NCBI GenBank assembly: GCA_965213625.1
Contig: CBDBZU010000004.1
Coordinates: 96,001-160,000 of the forward strand
DNA from: a bacterium
GTDB taxonomy: Bacteria; UBA8248
Direction: 5' to 3'
DNA: 64,000 nucleotides
The first letter of the stretch is position 1. Every line of letters starts with the position of its first letter. Made by a program: the position numbers and the translations under genes. Positions 20,958 through 31,226 of this stretch are shown here, in pieces. The notes under the pieces were generated by a model that saw only the letters and a list, made by a program, of their open reading frames with translations, had not been told where the DNA came from and made no database searches.

Positions 20958-21956
20958 ATGGAGACGACAAGAATGCACATCGACGCTCATTGCCACATAT
21001 ATCCCGATGAATACTTTGAGATCCTGGAAAATGAGGGCCCGCGCTACGGAGTGAAGCTCACCACGAACGCGGATGGCAAGCGCATCGTGGACATCAAGGG
21101 CATGATACACCCGCCCATCGAGCCTTTCACCAACGTGGACTTGAGGCTCGAGACCATGGACGAGATGAGCCTGGACATGAACATTCTCTCCTTCTCATCG
21201 AACCCGGGTTGCTACTGGGCGGACGACGGCCTGGCCGATGAACTCTGCAAGGCGGCGAACGACGCCTACGCCGACATCATCGAGAAACACCCCACCAAAT
21301 TTCATGGCCTGGCCTCCCTGCCCGCGCAGAACATCGACCTCTCGGTGAAGGAGTTGGAGCGCTCCGTGAACAAGCTTGGGCTCAAGGGCGGGTTTTTGAG
21401 CACGAACGTGAATGGCCGGTATCTCGATGACGAGAGTTTCTATCCCATCTACGAGGCGGCGGCGGGCATGGACGTGCCCATCATCGTTCATCCGGCCAAT
21501 CCGGCGGGCGCGGCGCAGATGAAGGATTACCACCTGTTCAACCTCGTCGGCTTCCCCACGGAGAGCGCGAACAGCATCGGACGCCTCATCTTCTCCGGGA
21601 TATTCGAGAGGCTGCCGAACCTCACCTTCATCTTCCTGCACGGAGGGGGAACCGTGCCCTATCTGGTCGGCCGCTTCGCACACGGCTGGAAGGTGCGGCC
21701 CGAATGCAAGAACATATCTCGCGCGCCCATCGAGTACCTGCGCTCGAACTTCTATCTGGATATGCTGGTCTTCCATCCGCCCGTCGTGCGCTTCCTGGTG
21801 GACGTCATGGGAGGAGACCGGGTCGTGCTGGGCACGGATTTGCCCTACGACATGACAGACACCGATGCGGTCGAAACGCTCCGGCAGTCGGGACTGAGCC
21901 AGGAAGAATACGAGAACGTCTCGCACAAGAACATTCAGCGCTTGTTGAACCTCTAG
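20958..21956 (+). CDS. Amidohydrolase_2 family decarboxylase/hydratase (ACMSD-like)
   Basis: IDAHCH, IVHP, LHGGGTVPY and GTDLPY motifs. Confidence 0.88.
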   Translation: METTRMHIDAHCHIYPDEYFEILENEGPRYGVKLTTNADGKRIVDIKGMIHPPIEPFTNVDLRLETMDEMSLDMNILSFSSNPGCYWADDGLADELCKAANDAYADIIEKHPTKFHGLASLPAQNIDLSVKELERSVNKLGLKGGFLSTNVNGRYLDDESFYPIYEAAAGMDVPIIVHPANPAGAAQMKDYHLFNLVGFPTESANSIGRLIFSGIFERLPNLTFIFLHGGGTVPYLVGRFAHGWKVRPECKNISRAPIEYLRSNFYLDMLVFHPPVVRFLVDVMGGDRVVLGTDLPYDMTDTDAVETLRQSGLSQEEYENVSHKNIQRLLNL

Positions 21957-21974
21957 CCGGAATCGTCCGTACCG

Positions 21975-22718
21975 ATGTGGCCAACCTGGGATATCACGCT
22001 TCTTGTCTTCGCCGCGGCCTTCTTAGAGGGAGCCGCAGGAATCGATTTCGGCCTCCTGGCGACGCCTGCGCTGGGCGCCCTCATCGGGGTGCGCGATTCC
22101 GTGCTCACACTCTCACTGCCAAACTTGATCCTGGTGGCGATTCGCGCGATCGGCGGCGGCGTTCCCACCCCATCGCTCAAACGCCTCATGCCTTTCCTGG
22201 GTGCGGGTGCTGCGGGCGCCGCCGTAGGCGTGCTGACGCTCATATCCAGCCCGCCCACGTTCCTCAATTGGTCGGTGGGCGTCCTCGTCCTGTTGTTCGC
22301 CGTCTACAGCATCTCGCGCCAGAGGGTCCAACTCGATATGCGCGATGAGACCTTTTTCAACTATCTAGCTGGATTTTTCGCAGGCGGCCTGAGCGGCTTT
22401 TCATACGCGGGCAACCCCATAAGCATCATGTATCTCGATAGCACGGGCGCCGGCCGCGCCCGGATGATGCGACTCGCCTACACGAGCGCGCTGGTATTCG
22501 CGAGCGTTCAGATAATCATCCTGAGCGGCTCGGGCACGCTGGGGGCCTTCGAATCGGCGCGCTCCGCCGTATCGATCCTGCCGGCAGTCGCCGGATTCCT
22601 CATGGGAAGGCTGCTGCGCGGACGCATTCCGCCCGCCATCGGCTTCACGGTTGGCCTGGGGCTGATGATAGCCGCAGCGCTCGCCCTTTTAATTTTCGGG
22701 CCTTCGGGGTGGAAGTGA
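21975..22718 (+). CDS. TauE/SafE-family (sulfite exporter-like) membrane protein
   Basis: About 8 TM segments with the two-fold 'G..G.DFGL..P' / 'GGLSG...GNP' architecture. Confidence 0.75.
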   Translation: MWPTWDITLLVFAAAFLEGAAGIDFGLLATPALGALIGVRDSVLTLSLPNLILVAIRAIGGGVPTPSLKRLMPFLGAGAAGAAVGVLTLISSPPTFLNWSVGVLVLLFAVYSISRQRVQLDMRDETFFNYLAGFFAGGLSGFSYAGNPISIMYLDSTGAGRARMMRLAYTSALVFASVQIIILSGSGTLGAFESARSAVSILPAVAGFLMGRLLRGRIPPAIGFTVGLGLMIAAALALLIFGPSGWK

Positions 22719-22784
22719 GGAACGGGCCGAGGCAGTTCCTGGAAGTTCTGGAAAAATTTCCCTGACTCTTTCACGGGGAAACGG

Positions 22785-23747
22785 CTACACCACGCTTGCC
22801 CGCAGTAGATGGTGCAGGTGCAGCACACCCGCCAGACGTACGTCCGCGCCCGCGGTGACCGCCAGGCACGTAATGGCGCTCGCCTCCATCATCTGAACCG
22901 CGGCGGCGGCCATTTCATCCTCATCAATCGTCTTCGGAGTTGTCGTCATCAGATCTTTGGCCGTAAGCCCGGGCAGATCTCCAATCTTCTCCATCGCGCG
23001 CCTCAAGTCCCCGTCCGTAATGACACCGAGTAGTTCCTGCCCGGAGCCCATCACGCACGCCATCCCCAGCCTCTTGGCGCTCATTTCGCGCACGACCCGG
23101 CCCAGGGAAGCCGCCTCGTCCACGCGCGGCACGTCATCGCCCGTGACCATCAACTCTTTCACGCGAATGAGCCTTTTCCCCAAAGCCCCGCCGGGATGAA
23201 AACGCGCAAAATCCTCGGGCTGAAACCCCCGCGCCTCCAGCACGGCCATCGCCAGCGCATCGCCCATCGCCAACGTGGCGGTGCTGCTCGCCGTGGGCGC
23301 AAGCTGAATCGGGCAGGCTTCTTCTTTCACGTGAATGTTCAGCACGGCCTGCGCCGCCCGCCAGAGGGTGGAATCCTCGGTTCCGGTGATGGCGATGAGC
23401 GGCGCGCCCAGACGGGCGAATACGGGCAGGATGCGCACCACCTCGTCCGTCTCGCCGCTGTAGGAGAGCGCGACGATGACGTCGTCTTTCGTCACCATAC
23501 CCAAATCACCGTGAACGCCCTCTGCGGGATGGAGAAAATAAGAAGGCGTGCCCGTGCTCGCGAGAGTGGCGGAAATCTTCTGTCCGATCAGTCCGCTTTT
23601 CCCCATGCCGGTGACCGCGACCTTGCCCTTGCACCCCAGAACGATATCGACCGCCTCGATGAACCCCTCATCCAGCCGCTCGATGAGACCGGAAAGCGCC
23701 TCGGCTTCGATACGAAGCGTCCGCACACCCCTTTCGACGGGATTCAT
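22785..23747 (-). CDS. kdsD: Arabinose-5-phosphate isomerase (KpsF/GutQ, SIS + 2 CBS)
   Basis: GMGKSG, HPAEGVHGDLG, EEACP..LAPTASS and FHPGGALG motifs. Confidence 0.93.
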   Translation of the reverse strand: MNPVERGVRTLRIEAEALSGLIERLDEGFIEAVDIVLGCKGKVAVTGMGKSGLIGQKISATLASTGTPSYFLHPAEGVHGDLGMVTKDDVIVALSYSGETDEVVRILPVFARLGAPLIAITGTEDSTLWRAAQAVLNIHVKEEACPIQLAPTASSTATLAMGDALAMAVLEARGFQPEDFARFHPGGALGKRLIRVKELMVTGDDVPRVDEAASLGRVVREMSAKRLGMACVMGSGQELLGVITDGDLRRAMEKIGDLPGLTAKDLMTTTPKTIDEDEMAAAAVQMMEASAITCLAVTAGADVRLAGVLHLHHLLRASVV

Positions 23748-23989
23748 GGAAGATACTGTTTTTCGAGAGATCAGAACCCATCCTCCCCGGAAACGTCTGG
23801 CGGAAAAATATCACCCCGTCACCAAGGTGTCCACGCGGGGCTTTTCGAGACCGGACCCGGCAGGCCCAAGTCTTTACTCTCACCGCCCCCCATGCTAGAA
23901 ATTATAGTCAGAATGCCTCATGAAGACGAATGCCCTTCGGATGGAGAGGGATAGAACCCCACCGCAGGAGAATCGCAGGAGTACCCGTC

Positions 23990-24739
23990 ATGTCCGGTCA
24001 TTCCAAATGGAGCACCATCAAGCGGAAAAAAGGCGCACTCGACGCCAAGCGCGGCAAGATATTCACCAAACTCATCAAGGAAATCACCATCGCGGCCCGG
24101 CTCGGCGGAGGAGACCCCGACGGCAATCCCCGGCTGCGCACGGCGATTCAGACGGCGAAAGGGGCCAACATGCCCCAGGACAACATCGCACGCGCCATCG
24201 CCAAGGGAACGGGCGACCTCGAAGGCGTGAGTTACGAGGAATGCGCCTATGAGGGCTACGGCCCCAACGGGGTGGCGGTTCTCATCGCGGTGCTCACCGA
24301 CAACCGCAACCGCACGGGCGCGGAAATCCGCCACATCCTGACGAAGAACAACGGCACCATGGCGGAGCCGAACGCCGTTGCGTGGAACTTCGAGAAAAAA
24401 GGATTGTTCCTCGTACCCCAGGAAAGCGTGGATGAAGAAACGCTCATGGAACTCGTTCTGGAAGCGGGGGCGGAGGACTTTGAATCCACCGACGATCTGT
24501 TCGAAATCCATACGTCGCCGGATGCGTTCGAAGACGTGCGCGAGGCGCTCGAGCAGAGCGATATCCCGACGGAATCCGCCGAGCTCGCCATGCTGCCCAA
24601 ATCGACGGTGAAGCTCGAGGGCAAGGAAGCGGATCAGATGCTACGCCTCATGGAAGCGCTAGAGGACAACGACGACGTACAGAACGTCTACGCGAACTTC
24701 GACATCTCAGAAGAACAGATGGCGGAAGCTTCTGCATAA
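23990..24739 (+). CDS. yebC: YebC/PmpR family protein
   Basis: [21 protein letters not shown] and TDNRNRT motifs. Confidence 0.96.
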   Translation: MSGHSKWSTIKRKKGALDAKRGKIFTKLIKEITIAARLGGGDPDGNPRLRTAIQTAKGANMPQDNIARAIAKGTGDLEGVSYEECAYEGYGPNGVAVLIAVLTDNRNRTGAEIRHILTKNNGTMAEPNAVAWNFEKKGLFLVPQESVDEETLMELVLEAGAEDFESTDDLFEIHTSPDAFEDVREALEQSDIPTESAELAMLPKSTVKLEGKEADQMLRLMEALEDNDDVQNVYANFDISEEQMAEASA

Positions 24740-24745
24740 ACGCAC

Positions 24746-24772
24746 AACCCACCGCCCGTGGGGTTCTTTTTT
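24746..24772 (+). terminator. Possible intrinsic terminator between yebC and ruvC
   Basis: AACCCAC-CGCCC-GTGGGTT stem followed by C and a T6 run. Confidence 0.5.
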
Positions 24773-25304
24773 GAAGCAACCTGAAAACACATTTCGCGTG
24801 CTGGGCGTGGACCCCGGTCTGGGCGTGACGGGCTACGCCGTCTTGCGCCTCGATGAAGGCGAATACGAACCGCGCCTGGTGGACGGCGGCGTCCTCAAGA
24901 GCGACTCAAATGCGCCCCTCGAGAAGCGTCTCTACGAGTTGCACAAGGATCTTGCCCAGATTATCGAGGCGAACGAACCCCACGTAATGGCCGTGGAAAA
25001 CCTCTACAGCCACTACAAGCACCCCCGCACCTCCATCATCATGGGACACGCCCGGGGGGTGATCTTCCTCGCCGCCTCGCAGGCGGGCGTTAAGGTGGTG
25101 AGCTATGCGGCCACGGAGATTAAAAAATCACTCGTCGGCGCCGGACGCGCCACGAAAACGCAGGTGCAGCACATGGTCCAGCAACGCTTGGGATTGCACG
25201 ATTTACCGGAACCCCCGGACGTGGCCGACGCCATCGCCGCGGCGTATTGCCACATCGACCGCAGCCACTTGAGAAGTGCGCAGATTATCGGGAGCAGGTC
25301 ATGA
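24771..25304 (+). CDS. ruvC: Holliday junction resolvase RuvC
   Basis: LGVDPG...TGY, AVE, ARGVI, EIKK...G.GRATK and DVADAIA motifs. Confidence 0.95.
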   Translation: MKQPENTFRVLGVDPGLGVTGYAVLRLDEGEYEPRLVDGGVLKSDSNAPLEKRLYELHKDLAQIIEANEPHVMAVENLYSHYKHPRTSIIMGHARGVIFLAASQAGVKVVSYAATEIKKSLVGAGRATKTQVQHMVQQRLGLHDLPEPPDVADAIAAAYCHIDRSHLRSAQIIGSRS

Positions 25305-25936
25305 TCCGCCAGATATCGGGAGAGATCGTCGACGTCCTGGCCGAATGCGTCATCCTCAATACGTCGGCCGGCATCGCTTATGAAATACAGGTGGGCGGGT
25401 ATGCGATCCATGAGCTTCAGGCGCTCATGGGCGCACGCGAGGCGGTGGAACTCCACACCCACCATTACCTGGAAGGAAACGTGGCCACGGGCCAGCTTCT
25501 GCCCCGATTGGTGGGGTTTCTCTCCGTGGAAGAAAGATCTTTTTTCCTCTCTTTCATCAAAGTGCCCGGCATCAGCCCCAAAAGCGGGGTCCGGGCGATG
25601 AGTCTCCCTCCCCTTCAAATCGCAGAAGCCATCGCGACGGCGAACACCGTCATGCTCACCAAACTGCCCGGCATCGGCAGAAAAAAAGCCGAGCAGGTAA
25701 TATCTACGCTCAGAGAAGAAATAGCGGAACTTCAACTGGTGGGAGAGGCTGCGCTCCCGACTGGGGAGCGTCAAGACGCCACGCCCTTACACGGGGACGT
25801 CATGGCCGTGCTGGTGGGGCAGTTGGGCTACCGCACGCCCGAGGCGGAGAATCTCGTGGAGCGCGCCGTCGCCTCGCTGGGAGCGGAGGCCGAGGCCGAG
25901 GCCATCTTGCAGGAAGTGTTCCGGCTGAGCCGATAG
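25301..25936 (+). CDS. ruvA: Holliday junction branch migration protein RuvA
   Basis: OB-fold N-terminus, two HhH motifs (VPGISPK, LPGIGRK), C-terminal LGY domain; lies between ruvC and ruvB. Confidence 0.92.
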   Translation: MIRQISGEIVDVLAECVILNTSAGIAYEIQVGGYAIHELQALMGAREAVELHTHHYLEGNVATGQLLPRLVGFLSVEERSFFLSFIKVPGISPKSGVRAMSLPPLQIAEAIATANTVMLTKLPGIGRKKAEQVISTLREEIAELQLVGEAALPTGERQDATPLHGDVMAVLVGQLGYRTPEAENLVERAVASLGAEAEAEAILQEVFRLSR

Positions 25937-25946
25937 GGAGAAAACC

Positions 25947-27011
25947 ATGGTCATCGAGCGGCGCGTGAGCGCGAAGGCGGCGAGCCCGGCGGAAGAGCGA
26001 ACTTTCACCTCGCTGAGGCCCACGCAGCTTGAAGAGTACGTGGGCCAGACCGACCTGGTGGCGAAACTGCGCATCGCGCTCGAGGCCTCGCGCAGAAGAA
26101 ACGAACCCCTGGGCCACATTCTCTTCCACGGCCCGCCGGGTTTGGGAAAAACCACGCTTTCGCACATCATCTCGGAAGAAATGGGCACGCGCCTCGTCAA
26201 GACCTCCGGTCCTTCCCTCTCCAGACCGGCCGACCTCATGGGAATACTGACGGGCTTACAGCAGGGAGACGTGCTATTCATTGACGAGATCCACCGGATG
26301 CCCAGCGCGGTGGAGGAATTCCTCTACCCCGCAATGGAGGACTACCGCGTGGACTTTGTCGTCGATAGCGGACCCATGGCGCGCACCATCAATTTTCCGC
26401 TCAAGATATTCACGACCGTGGGCGCCACGACGCGTCCCGGCGCCCTGACCGCCGCCTTGAGAGAGCGCTTCTATCTCGTCTACCACGTGGATTTTTATTC
26501 CGAAGAAGAACTCGTGCAGATTCTCCTGCGAAGCGCAGTGCGTCTCGACACCCCGATTGAAGAAGAGGCGGCGCGCGAACTCGCCCGAAGAAGCCGGGGT
26601 ACGCCACGCACGGCGAACAGGCTCCTGCTCTGGACGCGCGATTTCTGCCAGGCGCGGGGCGACGGGGCCATCAGTCTCGCCATGGCGCGTGAGGCGCTCG
26701 CTATGGAGGGCGTAGACGAACTGGGACTGGACGGGCTGGACAGGAAGTATCTGCGGACGATCATCGACCAATACGGCGGCGGCCCGGTGGGGGTGGAGGC
26801 CATCGCCGCCACCATGAACGAGGAGTCCGACACTCTCGTCGACATGGTGGAGCCATTCCTGTTGCGATCGGGTTTCGTACAGAGAACACGCGGCGGGCGG
26901 CGCGCGCCCTCGGCGGCGTATTCACACCTTGGTGTCGCCCTGCCCAAAGGCGTTCAGCGAGAACTTTGGGACGCCAGCGCGACGGATGAGGAAACCGAAA
27001 CATCCCCTTAA
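25947..27011 (+). CDS. ruvB: Holliday junction helicase RuvB
   Basis: LRP..LEEYVGQ, GPPGLGKTT, FIDEIHR, GATTR, SRGTPR and GGPVG motifs. Confidence 0.97.
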   Translation: MVIERRVSAKAASPAEERTFTSLRPTQLEEYVGQTDLVAKLRIALEASRRRNEPLGHILFHGPPGLGKTTLSHIISEEMGTRLVKTSGPSLSRPADLMGILTGLQQGDVLFIDEIHRMPSAVEEFLYPAMEDYRVDFVVDSGPMARTINFPLKIFTTVGATTRPGALTAALRERFYLVYHVDFYSEEELVQILLRSAVRLDTPIEEEAARELARRSRGTPRTANRLLLWTRDFCQARGDGAISLAMAREALAMEGVDELGLDGLDRKYLRTIIDQYGGGPVGVEAIAATMNEESDTLVDMVEPFLLRSGFVQRTRGGRRAPSAAYSHLGVALPKGVQRELWDASATDEETETSP

Positions 27012-27026
27012 GAGGAAAGATCGTAG

Positions 27027-27251
27027 ATGGAGCCTTTCGGCGGTTTTGGGAAAACGCTGATTCTGCTCGGCGCGGTTCTGATGGTCTTGGGCGTGGTGTT
27101 TCTTGTGGCGCCCAAGATTCCGTTTCTGGGGAAACTGCCGGGAGACATACACCTGAAGGGTAAGAACTGGAGCTTTTCCTTCCCGGTCGTGACCTGCATC
27201 GTCATCAGCGTCGTACTGACGCTGCTTTTGAACCTCTTTTCGAGAAGATAA
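27027..27251 (+). CDS. DUF2905 family membrane protein
   Basis: LGKLPGDI and FSFPVVTCI motifs; this family usually follows ruvB. Confidence 0.9.
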   Translation: MEPFGGFGKTLILLGAVLMVLGVVFLVAPKIPFLGKLPGDIHLKGKNWSFSFPVVTCIVISVVLTLLLNLFSRR

Positions 27252-27262
27252 CCTGGCGCGTC

Positions 27263-28027
27263 CTACTTCCACCCCCCGCCGCCGTTTGCGTACACGGTGT
27301 CCGCCGTCATGAACTCACACGCATCCGAACACATGAACAACACAAGTTCGCCAATCTCTTCCGCCGTGCCGAAGCGGCCCATCGGTATCTGAGCGCGCAT
27401 CGACTCCTTGAGTTCCTCCGAGGAGACGTCGTGAAACGGCGTGTCGATGGGGCCCGGTGATATCGACATGCACCGGATGCCCCTGTCCGCAAACTCGCGG
27501 CCCACGCCCATGCTCATCGTCACCACCGCGCCCTTGGCCGCCGCGTAGTGCACCGAGTGGCCCGGCCCCCCGCGCTTGTGGGCCATGCTCCCGATGTTGA
27601 CGATGACGCCACTGCCGTTTTCGAGCATTTCGGGAATCGCGGCCTGCATGCAGTAGAAAACGCCCTTTACGTTCAGATCGAACGTCCGCTCCCACAGGTC
27701 GTCTTCAATGCCCAGAAAATCAGAACGGCGCAGCGCGGCGCCTGCGGAGTTGAGCGAAAAATCGACCCGGCCGAACCGCTCCTTGGCGCGCCTCGTCATC
27801 TCGAACGCTTCTTCGCGCGAGGTGACATCCACCTTCATATGCACGCCCCGGCCACCGTTCTCCGTTACGCGCTCGGCTATTTCGGCGGCGCCTTCCTCGT
27901 CCAGGTCCGCGCAGAAGACGTTGGCCCCCTCGCGCCCGAATATGAGCGAGGTCTCCTTGCCGATGCCGCTGGCCGCGCCGGTGACGATGATAGTTTTTCC
28001 ATTGAAATATTCAGGTGTCTTGGGCAT
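27263..28027 (-). CDS. SDR-family oxidoreductase
   Basis: TGAASGIG, NSAG and YAAAK motifs. Confidence 0.92.
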   Translation of the reverse strand: MPKTPEYFNGKTIIVTGAASGIGKETSLIFGREGANVFCADLDEEGAAEIAERVTENGGRGVHMKVDVTSREEAFEMTRRAKERFGRVDFSLNSAGAALRRSDFLGIEDDLWERTFDLNVKGVFYCMQAAIPEMLENGSGVIVNIGSMAHKRGGPGHSVHYAAAKGAVVTMSMGVGREFADRGIRCMSISPGPIDTPFHDVSSEELKESMRAQIPMGRFGTAEEIGELVLFMCSDACEFMTADTVYANGGGGWK

Positions 28028-28064
28028 CTATGAACTCCAAAAGTTAGAAGAGTCTTTTCCCGGT

Positions 28065-29066
28065 TTACGCGTTCGCATCGGCGGTGATGATGCGCTGCAT
28101 CTCGTATTCCTCATCCGGCACGAGCCCAGGAATCGGCTTGCCCGCCAGGAAGCACAGGACGTTTTCCGTCGCGTCGAGTTCCATCTGCAACCGCGAGGAG
28201 CGCGCACGCGCGCCCAGGTGAGCTGTGAGAATGCAGTTGGGCGCTCCCACGAGGACACCCCGGTAGGGTTCTTCTGGGAAAACGTCGATCCCCGCACCCC
28301 CCAGATGGCCCGAGCGCAGCGCGCGCGCAAGCGCCTCATCGTCCACGATGACGCCGCGCGCCGTATTGATGAGCAAAGCGCCTTTTTTCATCATCTCGAT
28401 TTCGTCTTCCCCCAACATGTGAATCGTCTTCGGCGTAGCGGGTACGTGTAAGGAGACGGCATCGGCGCGCCGGTAGATTTCTTCTTTCTCGGCCCATTGC
28501 ACGCCGTAGCGCTCGCCGAATTCCGCATCGGGAGCCAGGTCGTTCGCGATGATTTTCGCACCGAAGCCGGATACGTGGCGTATCACCCGCTTGCCGATGC
28601 GCCCCACGCCGATGACGCCCAGTGTGATCTCATCGAGCGTGCGGCCCATGTATTGGAGCCACTCTCCGCGCAAAAGCGCGTCATGCGAGTGATGCACACC
28701 CCGCAATAGCGAGAGCAGGAGGCTCAGCGTCAGTTCCGCCACAGCTTCCGAGTTGGCCCCGGGAGTATTCGCAACGAGAATGTCCCGCTCGCGCGCCGCA
28801 TTCAGGTCCACCGTCTCGAGACCCACCGTGGCCCGCGATATGAACCGCAGTCCCTTCGCCAAATCCAGTATCCTCGGCGTGAACGGTTCCAGGCCCGCTA
28901 TGACGGCGTCGAAGCCACCTAGAATCATCTCGGCGAATTCGTCTTCATTCGGCCGCTTGCCCAGCGTGTTGCGCACGTACTCCACGCCCGCGCTCTCGAG
29001 CATCTCGACGGGCTTGGGGTCGATTTCACCGAATGGCGTCGTGGAGACGAGTATGCGGGTAGCCAT
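28065..29066 (-). CDS. Phosphoglycerate dehydrogenase-like 2-hydroxyacid dehydrogenase
   Basis: NTPGAN..AVAE, GVGRIG, INTARG and DVF..EP motifs; no ACT domain. Confidence 0.88.
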   Translation of the reverse strand: MATRILVSTTPFGEIDPKPVEMLESAGVEYVRNTLGKRPNEDEFAEMILGGFDAVIAGLEPFTPRILDLAKGLRFISRATVGLETVDLNAARERDILVANTPGANSEAVAELTLSLLLSLLRGVHHSHDALLRGEWLQYMGRTLDEITLGVIGVGRIGKRVIRHVSGFGAKIIANDLAPDAEFGERYGVQWAEKEEIYRRADAVSLHVPATPKTIHMLGEDEIEMMKKGALLINTARGVIVDDEALARALRSGHLGGAGIDVFPEEPYRGVLVGAPNCILTAHLGARARSSRLQMELDATENVLCFLAGKPIPGLVPDEEYEMQRIITADANA

Positions 29067-29439
29067 GGGAAATCTCCCGAAAAACACGAGAAACAAAACC
29101 AACCCATATAGCGGTTGGTGCAAGAATTATCTCAATGGGTTAAAGTGTTTGAAAACCCAGCGGAGATTATATGCCTCGATAAAGCGCTGTCAAACTCAGA
29201 GAGGCATCTGACAGAATCGAATATCATCCCCCGGTGGTGGAGGTGCGCTTATGCTCATTTGGCGCTCACCCTAAAAGTCGAGCCGGTGAATATATGTGAT
29301 GAAAATCGTCTATAGATGGAGCTTATAATGAATTGAACACGAGATGCGTCGGGCATGTCCTCCCGCTCGGCCCTTTGCAGAACGCCGTCTGGATGATCGA
29401 GGCGAGGCGCTTTTCACCTCGATGAACAGGAGGAATAAA

Positions 29440-30660
29440 ATGTGTCCCAAAACCGCGGCGAGTAAGTCATACGAAACGCTGATGGATCTGAAATACGACA
29501 AAACTATCATCGACAAAATCAAAGCCCTCACGCCACAGATGGCCGAGATGGCGGCCGAGATCGACCGAGAAGGCCGCTTTCCCACCGAGAACTACAAACT
29601 GCTCACCGACGCGGGCCTGAACGCCCTTTGCATCCCCGAAGAATGGGGCGGCTCGGGCGCGAATTCCCTCACCTACAACATGGCGCTCGCCGAACTGGGC
29701 AAGGCGTGCGCCTCCACCGCGCTGACCTGGAACATGCACCAGACCTGCGTGAGCCTCTTTTTCGACCTGGCGAATGAAGAACAGAAAAAACGCGTACTCC
29801 CCGACATCGTCGAAAACGGCAAGCTGTTTTCCTCCGTCACAGCGGAACGCGGCATGAGCTTCCGCCACCTCGTGACGCTCAAGTCCATTTTCTCTCCCGT
29901 CGAGGGGGGCTACCGCCTCAGCGGCAGGAAGATTTCCGCCTCGATAGGCGAGCACGCCGATTATTACTTCACCACGGGGTTTCTCGAAGGGAAGAAGACC
30001 GCTGCCGAGGCCATCATGACCGCCGTGCTCCATAAGGATTACGGAGGTTCATCCGTACAAGTGGTGTGGGACACGATGTCGATGCGGGGAACGGCGAGCG
30101 ACGACATCATTTTTGAGGATACATTCGTGCCGCACGAGGATATCCTGGGAGGTGAGAACTTCATCGGCGCGCTGGGGAAAATCGACATCACCATGTTCCA
30201 CTTAGGCTTTGCCGCCGCCTACCTCGGCATCGCGGAGGGAGCCTACAATCACCTGGTAGAATACGTGAAAACAACGCAATACCCGCCCAACCCCGAACCG
30301 CTGAGCCACAACGAGATGTACCAGAGCAACATCGGCGAGTTGAGCTCCGAGCTCCGGGCCGCGCGGATGCTCCTCTACGAGGCCTGTCACGTGAAGGAAC
30401 AGGGCGACGGCATGGCGAACCAGAACACGGTGAAAACAGTCATGCAGTCCAAATACATTTCGTGCGAGGTCTGCGCCAAGGTGGTGCAGCACGCGATGCG
30501 GCTCGTTGGGGGTCGCTCCATCGCGCGGCGTTATCCCTTCGAGCGGTTCTACAGAGAGGGCATCACCGGCGTGGTGATGCCGCCTGCGAACTCGCGCTGT
30601 ATCGAGGTGGCCGGCTGCATCGAATGCGGGATCACCGGCATGGTACTGCAATACGGCTAG
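29440..30660 (+). CDS. Acyl-CoA dehydrogenase-fold flavoprotein, possibly a monooxygenase type
   Basis: IPEEWGG, STALTWNMH, WDTMSMRGTAS and ERFYRE motifs; no obvious catalytic Glu. AGGAGG RBS before ATG 29440. Confidence 0.8.
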   Translation: MCPKTAASKSYETLMDLKYDKTIIDKIKALTPQMAEMAAEIDREGRFPTENYKLLTDAGLNALCIPEEWGGSGANSLTYNMALAELGKACASTALTWNMHQTCVSLFFDLANEEQKKRVLPDIVENGKLFSSVTAERGMSFRHLVTLKSIFSPVEGGYRLSGRKISASIGEHADYYFTTGFLEGKKTAAEAIMTAVLHKDYGGSSVQVVWDTMSMRGTASDDIIFEDTFVPHEDILGGENFIGALGKIDITMFHLGFAAAYLGIAEGAYNHLVEYVKTTQYPPNPEPLSHNEMYQSNIGELSSELRAARMLLYEACHVKEQGDGMANQNTVKTVMQSKYISCEVCAKVVQHAMRLVGGRSIARRYPFERFYREGITGVVMPPANSRCIEVAGCIECGITGMVLQYG

Positions 30661-30765
30661 GGGGCATCTGCTCCACCACCAAGAGGCGCACGTTTGTCCG
30701 GCGTGAGCCGTGGAAGTTACTGTTTTTCAGGAACCGATCAGAATCGCGACAAGGATTAACAAGTC

Positions 30766-31110
30766 TCATTCCAGCAGCGAAATGGGACGGCGGCCGGCGA
30801 ACCCCGCTTCGTAGCGGTGAAAATGTTCGATGTCGTCTTCACCGAGTTTCCAGCAATAATAATAGCCGTCTCCCGAATCGAAATCCGCCAGCCACAGGCC
30901 TTTGACTTCAACCCCTAAGTTTCTGACGGCCTCGACCCACTCGCCCACCGCGTCGTTCATGAGTCCTTCGAGGCGCTTGACGTCTTGCGACTCCTCGATG
31001 TTTTCCAGTTGTCCGCGCATCTCCTCGACGACGTCATAATAATGCTGCGTCACTTCCTTGACCTGCGGCAGCAAATCGCGGGCTTCCTGCAAGGTAAAGA
31101 TAGCCATCAT
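30766..31110 (-). CDS. DUF2203 family protein
   Basis: FTLQEA..LLP, GVEVKG...DF, CWKLGE..I.HFH and GFAGRRP motifs. Confidence 0.85.
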   Translation of the reverse strand: MMAIFTLQEARDLLPQVKEVTQHYYDVVEEMRGQLENIEESQDVKRLEGLMNDAVGEWVEAVRNLGVEVKGLWLADFDSGDGYYYCWKLGEDDIEHFHRYEAGFAGRRPISLLE

Positions 31111-31226
31111 GGTTCCTTTGCTATAAGTACAGGATTTATCTGCTCTTTCCAGGGACATTCCAGCCCCAATATGCCAGGCGGACGCGAGCCGCTATCATGA
31201 GTCACACCCTTTTGATCGGTGTTTTC

